Shown here in pieces: positions 1 to 10,602 of a stretch of 64,000 nt of DNA (the stretch's first letter is position 1; the number at the start of each line of letters is the position of its first letter). This DNA is from Vulcanimicrobiota bacterium (GTDB lineage Bacteria > Vulcanimicrobiota > Vulcanimicrobiia > Vulcanimicrobiales > Vulcanimicrobiaceae), in contig OY970223.1 of the NCBI GenBank assembly GCA_963714015.1, forward strand, positions 2,912,001 through 2,976,000, read 5' to 3'. Position numbers and translations under genes: made by a program. The notes under the pieces are model-generated. The model saw nothing but the letters and a program-made list of their open reading frames with translations, did not search any database and was not told where the DNA came from.

Positions 1-70
1 GGGGCGTAATCTGCTCGCTCGAATCGAGCAGCGTGCCGTCCAAATCCAGTGCAATCAAGTCTAAGGGCAT
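1..70 (-). CDS. Cof-type HAD hydrolase, N-terminal fragment (runs off window)
   Basis: Manual translation from ATG at 70: MPLDLIALDLDGTLLDSSEQITP, HAD motif I DLDGT. Confidence 0.85.
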   Translation of the reverse strand, partial: MPLDLIALDLDGTLLDSSEQITP

Positions 71-164
71 CCAATTCATCCTATACCGCGTGTCAATCGT
101 CATTTCTTACTGTCGGCAGACCGCTTGCGGGAGTCGAACGGGCTGCGCCAAACGTTACACGTAC

Positions 165-557
165 ATGGAAGGCCGCCCACTCCTCGCTGCGGCTCTGGCG
201 CTCTGCCTGCAAGGCTCCGCCCCCGCGCAACCTGCAAACCGGTGCACCCGCGAAACGCTTTCCGTCCGCGGAACGGCCGTCAGCGCCGCATATTGCGTCA
301 CTTCAACGGAAGCCGCCTCCGCAGGGCACGAGCTGCCGGTTCGCGTCGCCGAGACCTACTCCACGCCCCGAACCTCGTTCTCTCAGGAGGCGACGTTGCG
401 GTTCATCGCCGGCGAAGAAGCCTCACGGGTCATCGAGGACCTGAGCCTGGATCGGCTCGGCCTGGAAGGGACGCTCCATCTAACCTTGGTGCTGCGAGGG
501 GGACTCGTCCATATCGACAGCGCCATGCTTACCCCGGGCGCCGTAACGATCAAGTGA
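165..557 (+). CDS. Secreted hypothetical protein
   Basis: ATG at 165 gives signal peptide MEGRPLLAAALALCLQGSAPA; no family recognised. Confidence 0.65.
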   Translation: MEGRPLLAAALALCLQGSAPAQPANRCTRETLSVRGTAVSAAYCVTSTEAASAGHELPVRVAETYSTPRTSFSQEATLRFIAGEEASRVIEDLSLDRLGLEGTLHLTLVLRGGLVHIDSAMLTPGAVTIK

Positions 558-680
558 CGGCCGGGTGAAACCCGACGGCCGAATCGGGGTATTTTGACTC
601 TCTGATGCGGCGACGCTATATCGCTTTCAACATGTCCAAAATCCCCGACGGCTGTCGGGGCTAGGAGTCATTGCTGCCAA

Positions 681-2118
681 ATGGCCTGTCAGGCTTATTC
701 ACCGAATCTCACGGCTCGTGAGCAAGCGCGCTACCTTTACGAAGCGATTCCGCCCGGCCTCTTTAAAGTGGAGACCGAGGAAGAACGAATCCCGTGGCGC
801 GTAAGTCCCGAGCCGTTTGCATTGTCGGAGCGGACGCTGCAGCAAATCGAGGCGGTCGGCCCCGACTTGGTCGCGTTCTATAAGGCACTCAACTCGCTGT
901 ATAACCGGAGCGTTCGCGGGACGGCGCCAGCCTTTATTGCGGAGTATCTCGACCGCGGAAAGCCCGAACACATCATTCGTCTGGCGCGGCAAAACCGCTT
1001 CAGGCAAGAGATTCCCGGAGTAATTCGCCCCGACTTGATTTTGACCGACGGCGGTTTCATCGCAAGCGAGGCTCGACAGCGTACCCGGGGGAATGGGTTT
1101 CGTCGGCGCCATGGGCGAGGCGTACTGTCGCCTGGGCATGGAGAGCGTCGGCGGCGCGGGCGGCATTCCCGAAGGATTCTCCGCGATGCTCGAAGCGGCA
1201 ACGGGCAAAGCTCGGCCTTCGGTAGCGGTCGTGGTCTCCGACGAATCAGGCGATTATCGATCCGAGATGCGCTGGCTCGCGCAGGCGATTGAAGATGCCG
1301 GACTGCTGACCGCATATGTGGTCACGCCCAGCGACGTCGTTTTCACCGAGGAAGCGCTGTTCGTGCGTTTGGAAGGCGGACGCGAAGAGAAAATCGACGC
1401 GATCTACCGCAACTTCGAGCTTTTCGATCTGATGAACGTTCCCAAACAGGAGCTGATGCTGTACGCAGCCCGGCACAACCGCGTGAAAATCACCCCGCCG
1501 CCGAAAGCGCAGCTCGAAGAGAAGTCCGCGTTTGCGCTCTTTCATCATCCCGCGCTTGTGAAGCTCTGGCAGGGGGAATTGGGCAAAGAAGTCTTTGGGA
1601 GACTGCAGAAGCTTTTTCCGAAAACCTGGATCGTCGATCCGCGCCCGCTTCCGCCGCAAGGGGTCATCTACGGATTGGAAGCATCGGGAACGCCGGTCAG
1701 CGATTGGATGCAGCTTGCGGAGCTCGGCAAAAGCGAACGCGACTACGTCGTCAAACCGTCGGGTTTCTCCGAGCTCGCGTGGGGTTCGCGCGGAGTGCGC
1801 GTCGCAAACGATCTCACGAAAGAGGAATGGATCGCGACACTGGAAGAAGCGATGCGCGAGTTCGAACGCACGCCGCGCATTCTGCAGCGTTTTCACAAAG
1901 GCAAACGCGTGCGGCAGCAGTACTTCGATCCGAAAACCGAGGAATTGCGTCAATTCGACGGGCGCGTGCGGCTTTGTCCTTACTACTTCGTCACGGGAGC
2001 CGACAGCGTAAAGCTGGGCGGAATCCTCGCGACGGTTGCGCCGGCGGACAAACGCCTGATCCACGGCATGAGCGACGCCGTCATGGCGCCGTGCATCGTC
2101 AAGTCCGACGGCTGGTAA
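681..2118 (+). CDS. Uncharacterised ATP-grasp ligase (glutathionylspermidine synthase-like), split by +1 frameshift near 1070
   Basis: ORFs 681..1292 and 1093..2118 join as IRPDLILTDGGFIASE-LDSVPGGMGF; later YVVKPSGFS and RVRLCPYYF motifs. Confidence 0.7.
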
Positions 2119-2130
2119 TGCGCAGTTATC

Positions 2131-3243
2131 GTGAGCAGCGACGTCGTGCCCAAGCACGATGAGCGCTCGATCGCGCTACAGCGCAGATGTAAGAAATTTC
2201 TGGGCCATGCGCCGTCGACTGCGCGGCGGCAACTGCTCAGGGCTGCAGAGGCTGCGGGAGAGGACGAGTACCCCGACCGCTATGGCGCCGGCGAACTGCT
2301 CGAGTCCTTCGAAAACCGGATCGCGCAGCTTCTCGACAAAGAGTCCGCCGTCTTCATGCCGAGTGGGACGATGGCGCAGCAGATCGCGCTACGAATCCAT
2401 GCGGAAGATCGCGCTACTTCTGCGGTCGCGCTGCACCCGCTCAGCCATCTGCTCGTTTCGGAAGCCGGCGCTCTGGAAGCACTCCAGGGGCTGCAGGTAG
2501 TTCCGGTTGGAAGCCCATTCGGCTTAGCGTCCCTCTCGGACTTCACAAGCCTCAAAGATCCGCTTGCCGCGGTGCTGATCGAGTTGCCCGAACGAAACCT
2601 CGGCGGTGCGCTTAGGCCGTGGAGTGAAGTGGAATCCATCTGCGAATGGGCAAGGTCCATCGGCGCGGCCGCGCATCTGGACGGCGCCCGGATCTGGGAA
2701 TGCACGCCGTTTTACGATCGTACTCCAGCCGAGATCGCCGCTCCGTTCGACACAGTTTACGTTTCGTTTTACAAAGCTCTGGGAGCAATTGCGGGAGCGG
2801 CCCTTGCGGGTCCCAAGACGATCGTCGATCGCGCACGCGTTTGGCAATGGCGCCATGGCGGGCGCCTTGTGCAGCAGCATCCCATGATATTATCCGCGCG
2901 AGCCGGCCTGCAACAATACTTGCCGCGTATCCCGCTTTATTGCAACCGCGCACGAGAGATCGCAGAAGTGCTGGGGGCGTTCGAGGATCTTCAAATCGTA
3001 CCGAATCCGCCCCCGGCCAACATGATGCACGTGTACATCCGGGGCGACGCAGTTGCGTTGACCGAGCGCGCACTGGCGGCCGCCGAGCGAACGAGTCTAT
3101 GGGTGTTCGGATCGCTGAACGCGACGCAGATGCCTGACCTGCACATGTTCGAGATCCACTGTGCCGAAGGTTCGCTCGACGTTAGCGATGACGAAATCCG
3201 CGCCTGGTTCGATCTGGTCCTGCTGCTTTACGGCGGCGAGTAA
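2131..3243 (+). CDS. Low-specificity threonine aldolase / beta-eliminating lyase family PLP enzyme
   Basis: FMPSGTMAQQ, HLDGARIW and SFYKALG (PLP lysine) motifs. Confidence 0.85.
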   Translation: MSSDVVPKHDERSIALQRRCKKFLGHAPSTARRQLLRAAEAAGEDEYPDRYGAGELLESFENRIAQLLDKESAVFMPSGTMAQQIALRIHAEDRATSAVALHPLSHLLVSEAGALEALQGLQVVPVGSPFGLASLSDFTSLKDPLAAVLIELPERNLGGALRPWSEVESICEWARSIGAAAHLDGARIWECTPFYDRTPAEIAAPFDTVYVSFYKALGAIAGAALAGPKTIVDRARVWQWRHGGRLVQQHPMILSARAGLQQYLPRIPLYCNRAREIAEVLGAFEDLQIVPNPPPANMMHVYIRGDAVALTERALAAAERTSLWVFGSLNATQMPDLHMFEIHCAEGSLDVSDDEIRAWFDLVLLLYGGE

Positions 3244-3273
3244 CTGCTTAAGATCAGAACGTTTCGATGCGCC

Positions 3274-3933
3274 TCACTGCCGCGTTACCGTGACTCCCTG
3301 AGTCGGAAACTCGAGCAGATCGACCAGCATCGTCTTGGGGTCGTACCAGAGCGTAAACGGCATAGGCTGAGAGACGCTCAGCGACGCGTCGCCGGCCGGA
3401 ACGGTTTTCGGACGCGCAGGCGAAGCGGCTGACGCGTCCGGCGCAATCGTTATTCCGGAACCCATCGCCGGCACGATGGCGGTCGCCGGAGTCTGGTTCC
3501 AGGCGCGCATCTGCGCGGGCAAAGCGAACCAGCCGCTGAACGGACCCATGTCGAGCACGACGAAGTGCTTGGCTTCCTGCGCCAAGTCATACGATCGCTG
3601 AACCACGTCGCCGGTTTGAGTTACGGTGTTTCCGTTGAAGTTCAGCGCCATGTTGACGGGGCGCCCTTGCAAGTCCGCGTTTGCGGTGTAAGCGACCGGC
3701 GAAAGCTGCGCCGGATCGAGCGTCAACGTATCGCTTACCGTTCCTTGTTGACCGTTGTAAGTTCCGCCGCCCTGTTCGCTCAGCACGACGCTTTTCGCGT
3801 CGTGTTTGACGGTAATCACCGTCTTGCCGAGCGCAGTGCCGTTCATCGCCGAAACGTAAGTGTACGTGCCGTCGGCCGGCGTCGCTGGAGCGCCCTGCGT
3901 TGCAGCGGTAAGAGCGAGAATTAGTGCGTGCAT
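3274..3933 (-). CDS. Secreted hypothetical protein
   Basis: Signal peptide, beta-rich body, overlaps upstream gene end. Confidence 0.7.
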   Translation of the reverse strand: MHALILALTAATQGAPATPADGTYTYVSAMNGTALGKTVITVKHDAKSVVLSEQGGGTYNGQQGTVSDTLTLDPAQLSPVAYTANADLQGRPVNMALNFNGNTVTQTGDVVQRSYDLAQEAKHFVVLDMGPFSGWFALPAQMRAWNQTPATAIVPAMGSGITIAPDASAASPARPKTVPAGDASLSVSQPMPFTLWYDPKTMLVDLLEFPTQGVTVTRQ

Positions 3934-5070
3934 GCTTCTTCCTTTTCGTAGCGGCGGACTGCGTCGACGAGGCGATCGATCTCTGCCGGTGTATTGTAGC
4001 CGTGCGGTGCGACGCGTATTCCCGAAGGCCGAAAGGTGGTAACGATCCCGGCATCTTGAAGCGCCCTCCCGAGCGCTACCGGGTCCGTATCGCGCAGGCT
4101 AAACGTTACGATTCCCGACGATTCGCCCGGAGCACGCATCGATGCAACCTGCGCGCCGCACGCCTTTAAACCCTCGACGAGCCGATCGGTCAGCATCAGA
4201 ACGTGCCGGGCGATCCGTTCGGTTCCAGCCGCCTCAAGTACGGCGATGGACTCCGCAAGGGAAAGCGCCCCCGCAAATACCGGCGTGCCGCCTTCAAACC
4301 GGGTCGCATCGGACGAGAACGGCTGGTCGTAATTGAGGAAGTCCCACATATCCGCAGCCGATCGCCAGCCCGGAGCCGCCAGGCGCAGCCGATCGATCAG
4401 CCGGGGCCGCACGTACAGAAAACTGACGCCCTGGAGTGCGAGCATCCACTTTGCGCCCCCGCAGTAAAGCGCGTCGATATCGAGCGCTTGCACGTCCATC
4501 GGAAAGGCGCCGAGAGCTTGGATTGCGTCCACGCAGAAGAGCGCGCCCCCCTCGTGCGCCACCTCGGCGAGCGCCTGGAGATCGTGACGATAGCCGTCCT
4601 CGAACGACACCCACGACACACTGACGGCTTTCGTACGCGACGTCATTCGCGATCGCAGCACGTCCGCCGTAAGACGTTCGCGCTGCGTGGCGACAAAGTC
4701 AACGTCCGCGCCGAAATCGCGCACGCGAAGCCAGGGATACACGTTCGCGGGAAATTCGTTATCCGGCAGCAGCACCGAATCGCCGGACTTCCACTGCAAC
4801 CCGGCGCAGACGACGTTGGCGCCCTCTCCGGTGTTGCGCAGAATTGCGATCGTGCCCGGCTCGGCGCCGATGAAGCGCGCAATCGCCTTGCGGTATTCGG
4901 GCATGCGAAGCTCGTACGGGGCGACGCCTGCCACTCCACCCGTCGCTTGGGCATCGACGAAAGCGTGCAGAGCCTCGCGCGTCGGACGCGGAAGCACCCC
5001 GACTGCAGCATGGTTGAGATACGTGAGTTTTTCGGTAACCGCGAAGAGGCTCGCGTGCGAGGGCGGTCAA
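3921..5070 (-). CDS. Aminotransferase class V / cysteine desulfurase-like PLP enzyme
   Basis: YLNHAA lies in frame upstream of the called start; VDAIQ, GAKW, RFEGGT motifs; probable TTG start overlapping the phoU stop with +1 indel near 5052. Confidence 0.8.
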
Positions 5071-5702
5071 GCGGTCCCGATCATCTCCTTGGTGTGCCAC
5101 GCGATGTTGTTTGCGCGGTCTCCCACTCGCTCGAGCGCGGCCAGCACGAAGAGAATCCGCGTCCCGGCCCTCACGAGCTCCGGATCGGCTTGCATCTCCT
5201 CTTGCAGCACTTTTACGCCGCGTTTGTACAGCCGGTCGACTTCGTCGTCCTCTGCTATGACTTGCTCGGCAAGATTCGAATCGCGTTCGGTATAGGCGCG
5301 CATCGCTTCAAGCAAAATACGGTGGGCCACACTCGCAATACGATCGATTTCCACGCGCGCGGGACGGAGCGGAACGTCGGCGAGCTTGATGCCGTGCTTG
5401 GCTATGTCGACCGCGTAATCTCCAACGCGCTCGAGGTCGGTGGCGATTTCGAGCATCGCAGCCACCTCTCGCAGTTCGCCGGCCACCGGCTGTTGGCGCC
5501 AAATCAACTCGATGCACGACGCCTCGACCTTGCGACGTAAGTCGTCGATGACGTCGTCACCGGCTACCACGCGGGCACCCGCGGCCGAGTCTCGCCGCTC
5601 CAGCGCTTCTACGGAGATACGTATGGCGTCGGCCACGAGCGCGCCGAGCCGGACGACGTCCAGGCGAGTGGATTCGAGAGCTTCGTGATAAGCAGTACGC
5701 AC
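5067..5702 (-). CDS. phoU: Phosphate signalling protein PhoU
   Basis: Two PhoU repeats (DLERVGDYA, ALERVGDRANNIA), QQPVAGELR; GTG start at 5702. Confidence 0.92.
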   Translation of the reverse strand: MRTAYHEALESTRLDVVRLGALVADAIRISVEALERRDSAAGARVVAGDDVIDDLRRKVEASCIELIWRQQPVAGELREVAAMLEIATDLERVGDYAVDIAKHGIKLADVPLRPARVEIDRIASVAHRILLEAMRAYTERDSNLAEQVIAEDDEVDRLYKRGVKVLQEEMQADPELVRAGTRILFVLAALERVGDRANNIAWHTKEMIGTA

Positions 5703-5787
5703 CGCCCTAGTATAGCCGCAAAGGTTCGGGCCACGCAATTAGACAACATTTTGCCCGCTTTCAACCTGGCCGAAGGGAGCTTTTCAC

Positions 5788-6645
5788 TTGCCCGATATTC
5801 GAAAAGTCGGCGTCTGCGGCGCCGGACTCATGGGAAACGGCATCGCGCAAACGTGCGCGAGCGCCGGTTTCGACGTCGTCCTGATGGAGGTGGCGCAAGC
5901 GCCGCTCGAGCGCGGCATGCAGAACGTCACCAAGTCGCTCGACAAGTTCGTCGAGAAGCAGAAGCTTTCGACTCAAGAGCGCGATCGCATATTAAGCCGC
6001 ATCAAACCCACGACCGACGTCAACGACATGAAGGACTGCAACTTGGTCATCGAGGCGATCGTCGAGAACGTTCAAGTCAAGACCCAGCTTTTTCAACAGC
6101 TCGACGACTTGCTCGCTCCCGATGGGATCATCTGCACCAATACGTCCAGCCTCTGCGTCATCGAGTTGGCCGCGAAAACAAAGCGTCCGAATCGCGTCGC
6201 CGGTTTGCATTTCTTCAACCCCGTTCCGATCATGAAATTGGTCGAAGTGGTAAAGACGATCGCCACGACCGATGACGTCGTCGAAACGCTCTTCGAGTTC
6301 GCGCGCAGACTCGGCAAAGAGCCCATTCTGGCCAAAGACACGACCGGATTCGTCGTGAACCGCTTACTCGTGCCGTACCTGCTTTATGCAATACGCGTCT
6401 ATGAAGAAGGCCTCGCGAGTAAGGAGGACATCGACAAGGGCATGAAGCTCGGCTGCGGTCATCCGATGGGACCGCTCGAGCTGCTCGACTTCGTGGGCCT
6501 GGACACGACGTACTACATCGCGCAGATCATGTTCGACGAGTTCAAAGACCCGATGATGGCGCCGCCTCTGCTGCTCAAGCGCATGGTGCTCGCCGGCCGC
6601 TACGGCCGCAAGACCGGAAAGGGCTTCTATGACTACGCCAACTAG
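5788..6645 (+). CDS. hbd: 3-hydroxybutyryl-CoA / 3-hydroxyacyl-CoA dehydrogenase
   Basis: GAGLMGNGIA, EAIVEN, NTSS, HFFNPVP, GFVVNR, HPMGPL. Confidence 0.9.
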   Translation: MPDIRKVGVCGAGLMGNGIAQTCASAGFDVVLMEVAQAPLERGMQNVTKSLDKFVEKQKLSTQERDRILSRIKPTTDVNDMKDCNLVIEAIVENVQVKTQLFQQLDDLLAPDGIICTNTSSLCVIELAAKTKRPNRVAGLHFFNPVPIMKLVEVVKTIATTDDVVETLFEFARRLGKEPILAKDTTGFVVNRLLVPYLLYAIRVYEEGLASKEDIDKGMKLGCGHPMGPLELLDFVGLDTTYYIAQIMFDEFKDPMMAPPLLLKRMVLAGRYGRKTGKGFYDYAN

Positions 6646-7429
6646 CGGAATTCAAACCATTCTCCTGGAGATCGACGGTCCGACCGCGCTGATTACGCTG
6701 AATCGCCCGGACGTTTTGAACGCGCTCAACGCGCGCCTGCTGTCGGAACTTTCTCACACGCTCTCGGATCTCGAACGTAACGACGCCGTTCGCGCGGTCG
6801 TCATTACCGGATCCGGAACCAAAGCTTTCGCCGCGGGAGCGGACATCGGCGAACTGAACGAGCTTGCAAGCGCCGTCGAAGGCGCGGGCAAAGCCCGCGT
6901 GGGGCAAGCGATTACGCTGCAGATCGAACGCCTGCGCAAACCGGTGATCATGGCAATCAATGGATTCGCGCTCGGCGGAGGCTGCGAGCTTGCCATGGCG
7001 GGCGACGTTCGCATCGCTAGTGAGAACGCGCGCTTCGGTCAGCCGGAAGTCAATCTGGGATTGATTCCCGGCTACGGCGGATCGCAGCGGACGACTCGGT
7101 TGACCGGCAGAGGCATGGCGATGTATCTGTGTCTGACCGGCGAAATCATCGACGCCGCCGAAGCGCTGCGTATCGGCCTCGTACAGCGCGTGGTCCCCTT
7201 CGACTCGTTGCTCGGCGAAGCCAAGAAGATCGCTGCAACCATTGCGGCCAAAGCGCCCTTGGCAATCGAGGCGTGCAAACGAGCGATAAACGGCGGGGCG
7301 CATCTTCCGCTCGCCGACGCGCTCGAATTGGAGGCATTGGAGTTCGGTACGCTCGTGAACACGGCCGATTTCAAAGAAGGCACGAGCGCATTCCTCGAAA
7401 AGCGCAAACCGCAGTGGCGCGCGCGCTAA
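6629..7429 (+). CDS. Enoyl-CoA hydratase (crotonase)
   Basis: LNRPDVLNAL, AFAAGADI, GGGCEL, PEVNLGLIPGYGG. Confidence 0.92.
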   Translation: MTTPTSGIQTILLEIDGPTALITLNRPDVLNALNARLLSELSHTLSDLERNDAVRAVVITGSGTKAFAAGADIGELNELASAVEGAGKARVGQAITLQIERLRKPVIMAINGFALGGGCELAMAGDVRIASENARFGQPEVNLGLIPGYGGSQRTTRLTGRGMAMYLCLTGEIIDAAEALRIGLVQRVVPFDSLLGEAKKIAATIAAKAPLAIEACKRAINGGAHLPLADALELEALEFGTLVNTADFKEGTSAFLEKRKPQWRAR

Positions 7430-7432
7430 GGC

Positions 7433-9281
7433 TTACGCAGGCAAAACGACCGTTACGACGTTGCGGCCGTTTTCGCGATCGATAGCGACGCGTTCGGCGA
7501 GGCTATGAACCAAGAATAGTCCTCGCCCTTCTTCTGCGAACGGACTTACGTCCCGGTACTCGTATTTGAACGGGCGCCCCTTCGCAGCCATTTGCAAGAC
7601 GACGTGTCCGTCGCGCCGCTCGACTGCGAGCTTCGCCGAGCCGGGACTGTGTTTGGCGACGTTGCCGGCCAGTTCACCAAAAATCAGCTCCGCCACCGCC
7701 AGGTCGCTGTCGGGCGCGTTATCCGCAATGAATCTTACCATCTCGCCGCGCACGCGACGCGCCGCGCCCGGATCCGTTGCGTCGAACGTCCATACCCATC
7801 GTTCGGTGCCGGAAGTCCGGACTCGCGCTGAGCGAACCGTCAGCACCGCCGAGTCGTCGCGCGGAGTAATCTTTTCGAACACCCGAGTCTGAATTTCACG
7901 CGCAGGCTCTTCCGATTCAAGGACTCGCTCATCGGAAACGATTTGGCGCAGTCGCGCCGCGCCTTGCAGCAGATCGCGTTCCGCCTCGATGAGTCCGTCG
8001 GTATACATCACCAAGAGTGCATCTTCGGGCATTTCCATCTCGGCAATTTGGTACTCGGCAGTAGCGTCGACGCCCAAGATTAATCCCTCGGCTTCGAGCG
8101 TGCTGATTCCGCCGTCGTGCACGAGCAGCGGCGGCGGATGCCCGGCGCTCGAGAAACGCAATCGACGCGCCGGCACGTCGAGCGTTGCGAAGAACGCGCT
8201 TACCAGCCATCCTTCCGCGCAGACCATCCGGTTTACGATGCCGAGCACTTCGGACGGACTGAAATGTTCGCGCGCCACGGTACGGATAGCCTGACGTGCC
8301 GCCCCCATAATCGTCGCAGCTCTGCAATCCGCTACCTGAGACGTCCCCGACGCTGAGCGCAAGCACGTCATCGTCGAGCGGAAAGGCGTCGTACCAATCG
8401 CCCCCGATCTCGGTACCTTCGGACGCGGGTGAGTACGCAGTCGATATATCCAGACCCGGGATCCGCGGCGTATCCTGCGGCAGCAGCGCCTGCTGCAGCG
8501 TGGAAGCGACGCGATGTTCTCGACGAACCCGCTTTGCCATGGCGCGATAGACGCTGTCGAGATCGGCGACCTCATCGTCGCCGCCGATCTCTTCCGGATT
8601 TCCCCCTTCGCCCAAGATGCGCGCGTTGTCGGCCAGCTGCTGGAGGCGTTGCGCCAATCGCAAACCGAATCGCGCCGTCGTCAGAAGCGTGGCAAGTATG
8701 CCCGCGGCCGTCAAGCCGGTCATCGCCGCGGTGAACAAGTCTAGCCGTCTACGGAGTCCGTCGAACCGCCGGATTGCGAGCACGCGTTCCTGCGCGTCGA
8801 AATCGTCTTTGGCGTTCGTCAACTCTTGCGTGAGCGCACTCGTGCGCGGATCCGAATCCATCGCCCGCGCCGCCCGCAGGTCGCCGCTTTGCACGAAGCT
8901 CACGTAACGCCGCAAAAGGTTCAGCCCTTGCAGATAGTAAGATGTAAGGAGACGCGCTCGGGCCGCCTGCGGCGGGTTGTCGGCGACCAGGTCTTGCAGC
9001 GTTCGCAATTGCGCCGGAATTACCGCGATCGACTTGCGATAGGTCCGCAGCGCGTCCGGTTGACGGGTGGATTCGTACTGCACCGCGCCGGCGTCGGCTA
9101 GATCCAACGTTCGCGAGAGGGTATTGGACGCGTTCAGAACCATCGCCGAATGCTGCGACCACCAAGCTGCTTCTTGAGCTTTTTGCTGGAGGACGATGGC
9201 GAGCACGAGCAGCAAAAGCAAAAAGCCCAGCGGAATGATGCTGAGCAGAACGGCTCGTGCGCGAATGCGCCGTGCTGGCAC
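7433..9281 (-). CDS. CHASE3/HAMP sensor - SpoIIE(PP2C) phosphatase - RsbW-like HATPase fusion; +1 frameshift near 8321
   Basis: Two TM helices flanking CHASE3-like region; LQQALLP, GGDWYD, GDVSG, AGHPPP, YTDGLIE, RDD; C-terminal ELAGNVAKHS and GRGLFLV. Confidence 0.85.
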
Positions 9282-9337
9282 GAGCGATTCTTTGGCGACC
9301 CGGAAGCCGGGAGCCTGGCGCCGAAAACTCGTCCTGG

Positions 9338-10075
9338 ATGAATCGTTACATTGCGCTGCTTACTGCCGCGGCTGCGCTTGCTTTCCCGGCAGCGGCACTC
9401 GCCTCCGACGCCGGAACGGTGGCCGCCGACGCACGAATCGTGCTCGCGAAAACCGTTCGCGCAATGGGCGCGGATCCACGCGGCATCCGCATTTCGGCAG
9501 TAGCGCTGAACGGCGAGCGCGCTTCCTTCACGTGGAGCGACGGCTCGGCAACGCACACCGGAACGATGGAACGTCTGGGGAATCGGTGGCTGCTCGAGCC
9601 CGCAGCCGCGGCACCGCTCGCCGCTGATTCGCTCAGCATCCGCCAGAGCGGCGGGAGCATCGATCCGCCGCCGGCTCAAATGGCCGCGTACGGAATCGCG
9701 ATCCGCTATGCGGCCAACGATGCCGTTTCCGGATCGCGGTTTTCGTTCTTTTACGCCAGAACGCCGACGCCGGCCGAGTTCTTACCGTATCCGACGACCT
9801 ATCCGTTCTCGAGTGATTCGGTGCTCTATTTCGACCTCGGCATCGACGGACAAAAGCCGATCGCATTCACGCCGGGAACCGTCATCGACGTGTGGTTTCC
9901 GTTCGTTTTGGACGACGGACTGGATTACGCGATCTTCATGGACGGCGCGGCAAAGCCGATAGGCCCGCTCGCTTCAACGCCGGTTTTCGACAATACGCTG
10001 CACTTCGTGCTCCCCGCGTTCGTTGCTCGACCCGGCATCATGCTGCGTTTTGAGGTCGACGCGAACCCGCGGTAG
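9338..10075 (+). CDS. Secreted hypothetical protein
   Basis: ATG at 9338 gives signal peptide MNRYIALLTAAAALAFPAAALA. Confidence 0.7.
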   Translation: MNRYIALLTAAAALAFPAAALASDAGTVAADARIVLAKTVRAMGADPRGIRISAVALNGERASFTWSDGSATHTGTMERLGNRWLLEPAAAAPLAADSLSIRQSGGSIDPPPAQMAAYGIAIRYAANDAVSGSRFSFFYARTPTPAEFLPYPTTYPFSSDSVLYFDLGIDGQKPIAFTPGTVIDVWFPFVLDDGLDYAIFMDGAAKPIGPLASTPVFDNTLHFVLPAFVARPGIMLRFEVDANPR

Positions 10076-10077
10076 CT

Positions 10078-10602
10078 CTACGAAGAACCTTTGGACAGCG
10101 CGCTTTCGGCGTGTGCCATGTTCATTTGAATCGCGGGATTGAACCCTTGCCAAGAGGCCTGAATGCGGCCCTGCGGATCCACGACGACCATCGTCGGGAA
10201 TCCGTCCAGCTGAAAAAATCCTTGTGAGAGCATTCGTTCGTCGAGCGCGACGTGCAACATGTGATGCGCTCTTGCGTAAGCCTGCACGACGAGCCGCGGC
10301 TCACCGACGTCGACCGGTACGACGTCCACTTCGGGATGCGCGCGCGCGAACGACTCCACCAGCGGAAGCGAGAGTTTGCACGGCTCGCACCAGGACGCCC
10401 AAAAATCGAGGAACACGACCCGTCCGCGATGCTGCGCCAAATTGAACGGCGGTCCTGAAAGGGTCTGATACGTCACATGGGGCGCGGGAACGGCGTGCGA
10501 ATTCATCGCGCGCGGCGCGATGAAGATGCGGTACAGCACGAATGCAATCGCCGCGACGGCCAGGAGATCGAAAAATCTCCCGGCCGTGAGCCAACGCTTC
10601 AT
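10078..10602 (-). CDS. TlpA/ResA-like thiol-disulfide oxidoreductase
   Basis: N-terminal TM anchor, FWASWCEPC, GFPT. Confidence 0.9.
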   Translation of the reverse strand: MKRWLTAGRFFDLLAVAAIAFVLYRIFIAPRAMNSHAVPAPHVTYQTLSGPPFNLAQHRGRVVFLDFWASWCEPCKLSLPLVESFARAHPEVDVVPVDVGEPRLVVQAYARAHHMLHVALDERMLSQGFFQLDGFPTMVVVDPQGRIQASWQGFNPAIQMNMAHAESALSKGSS

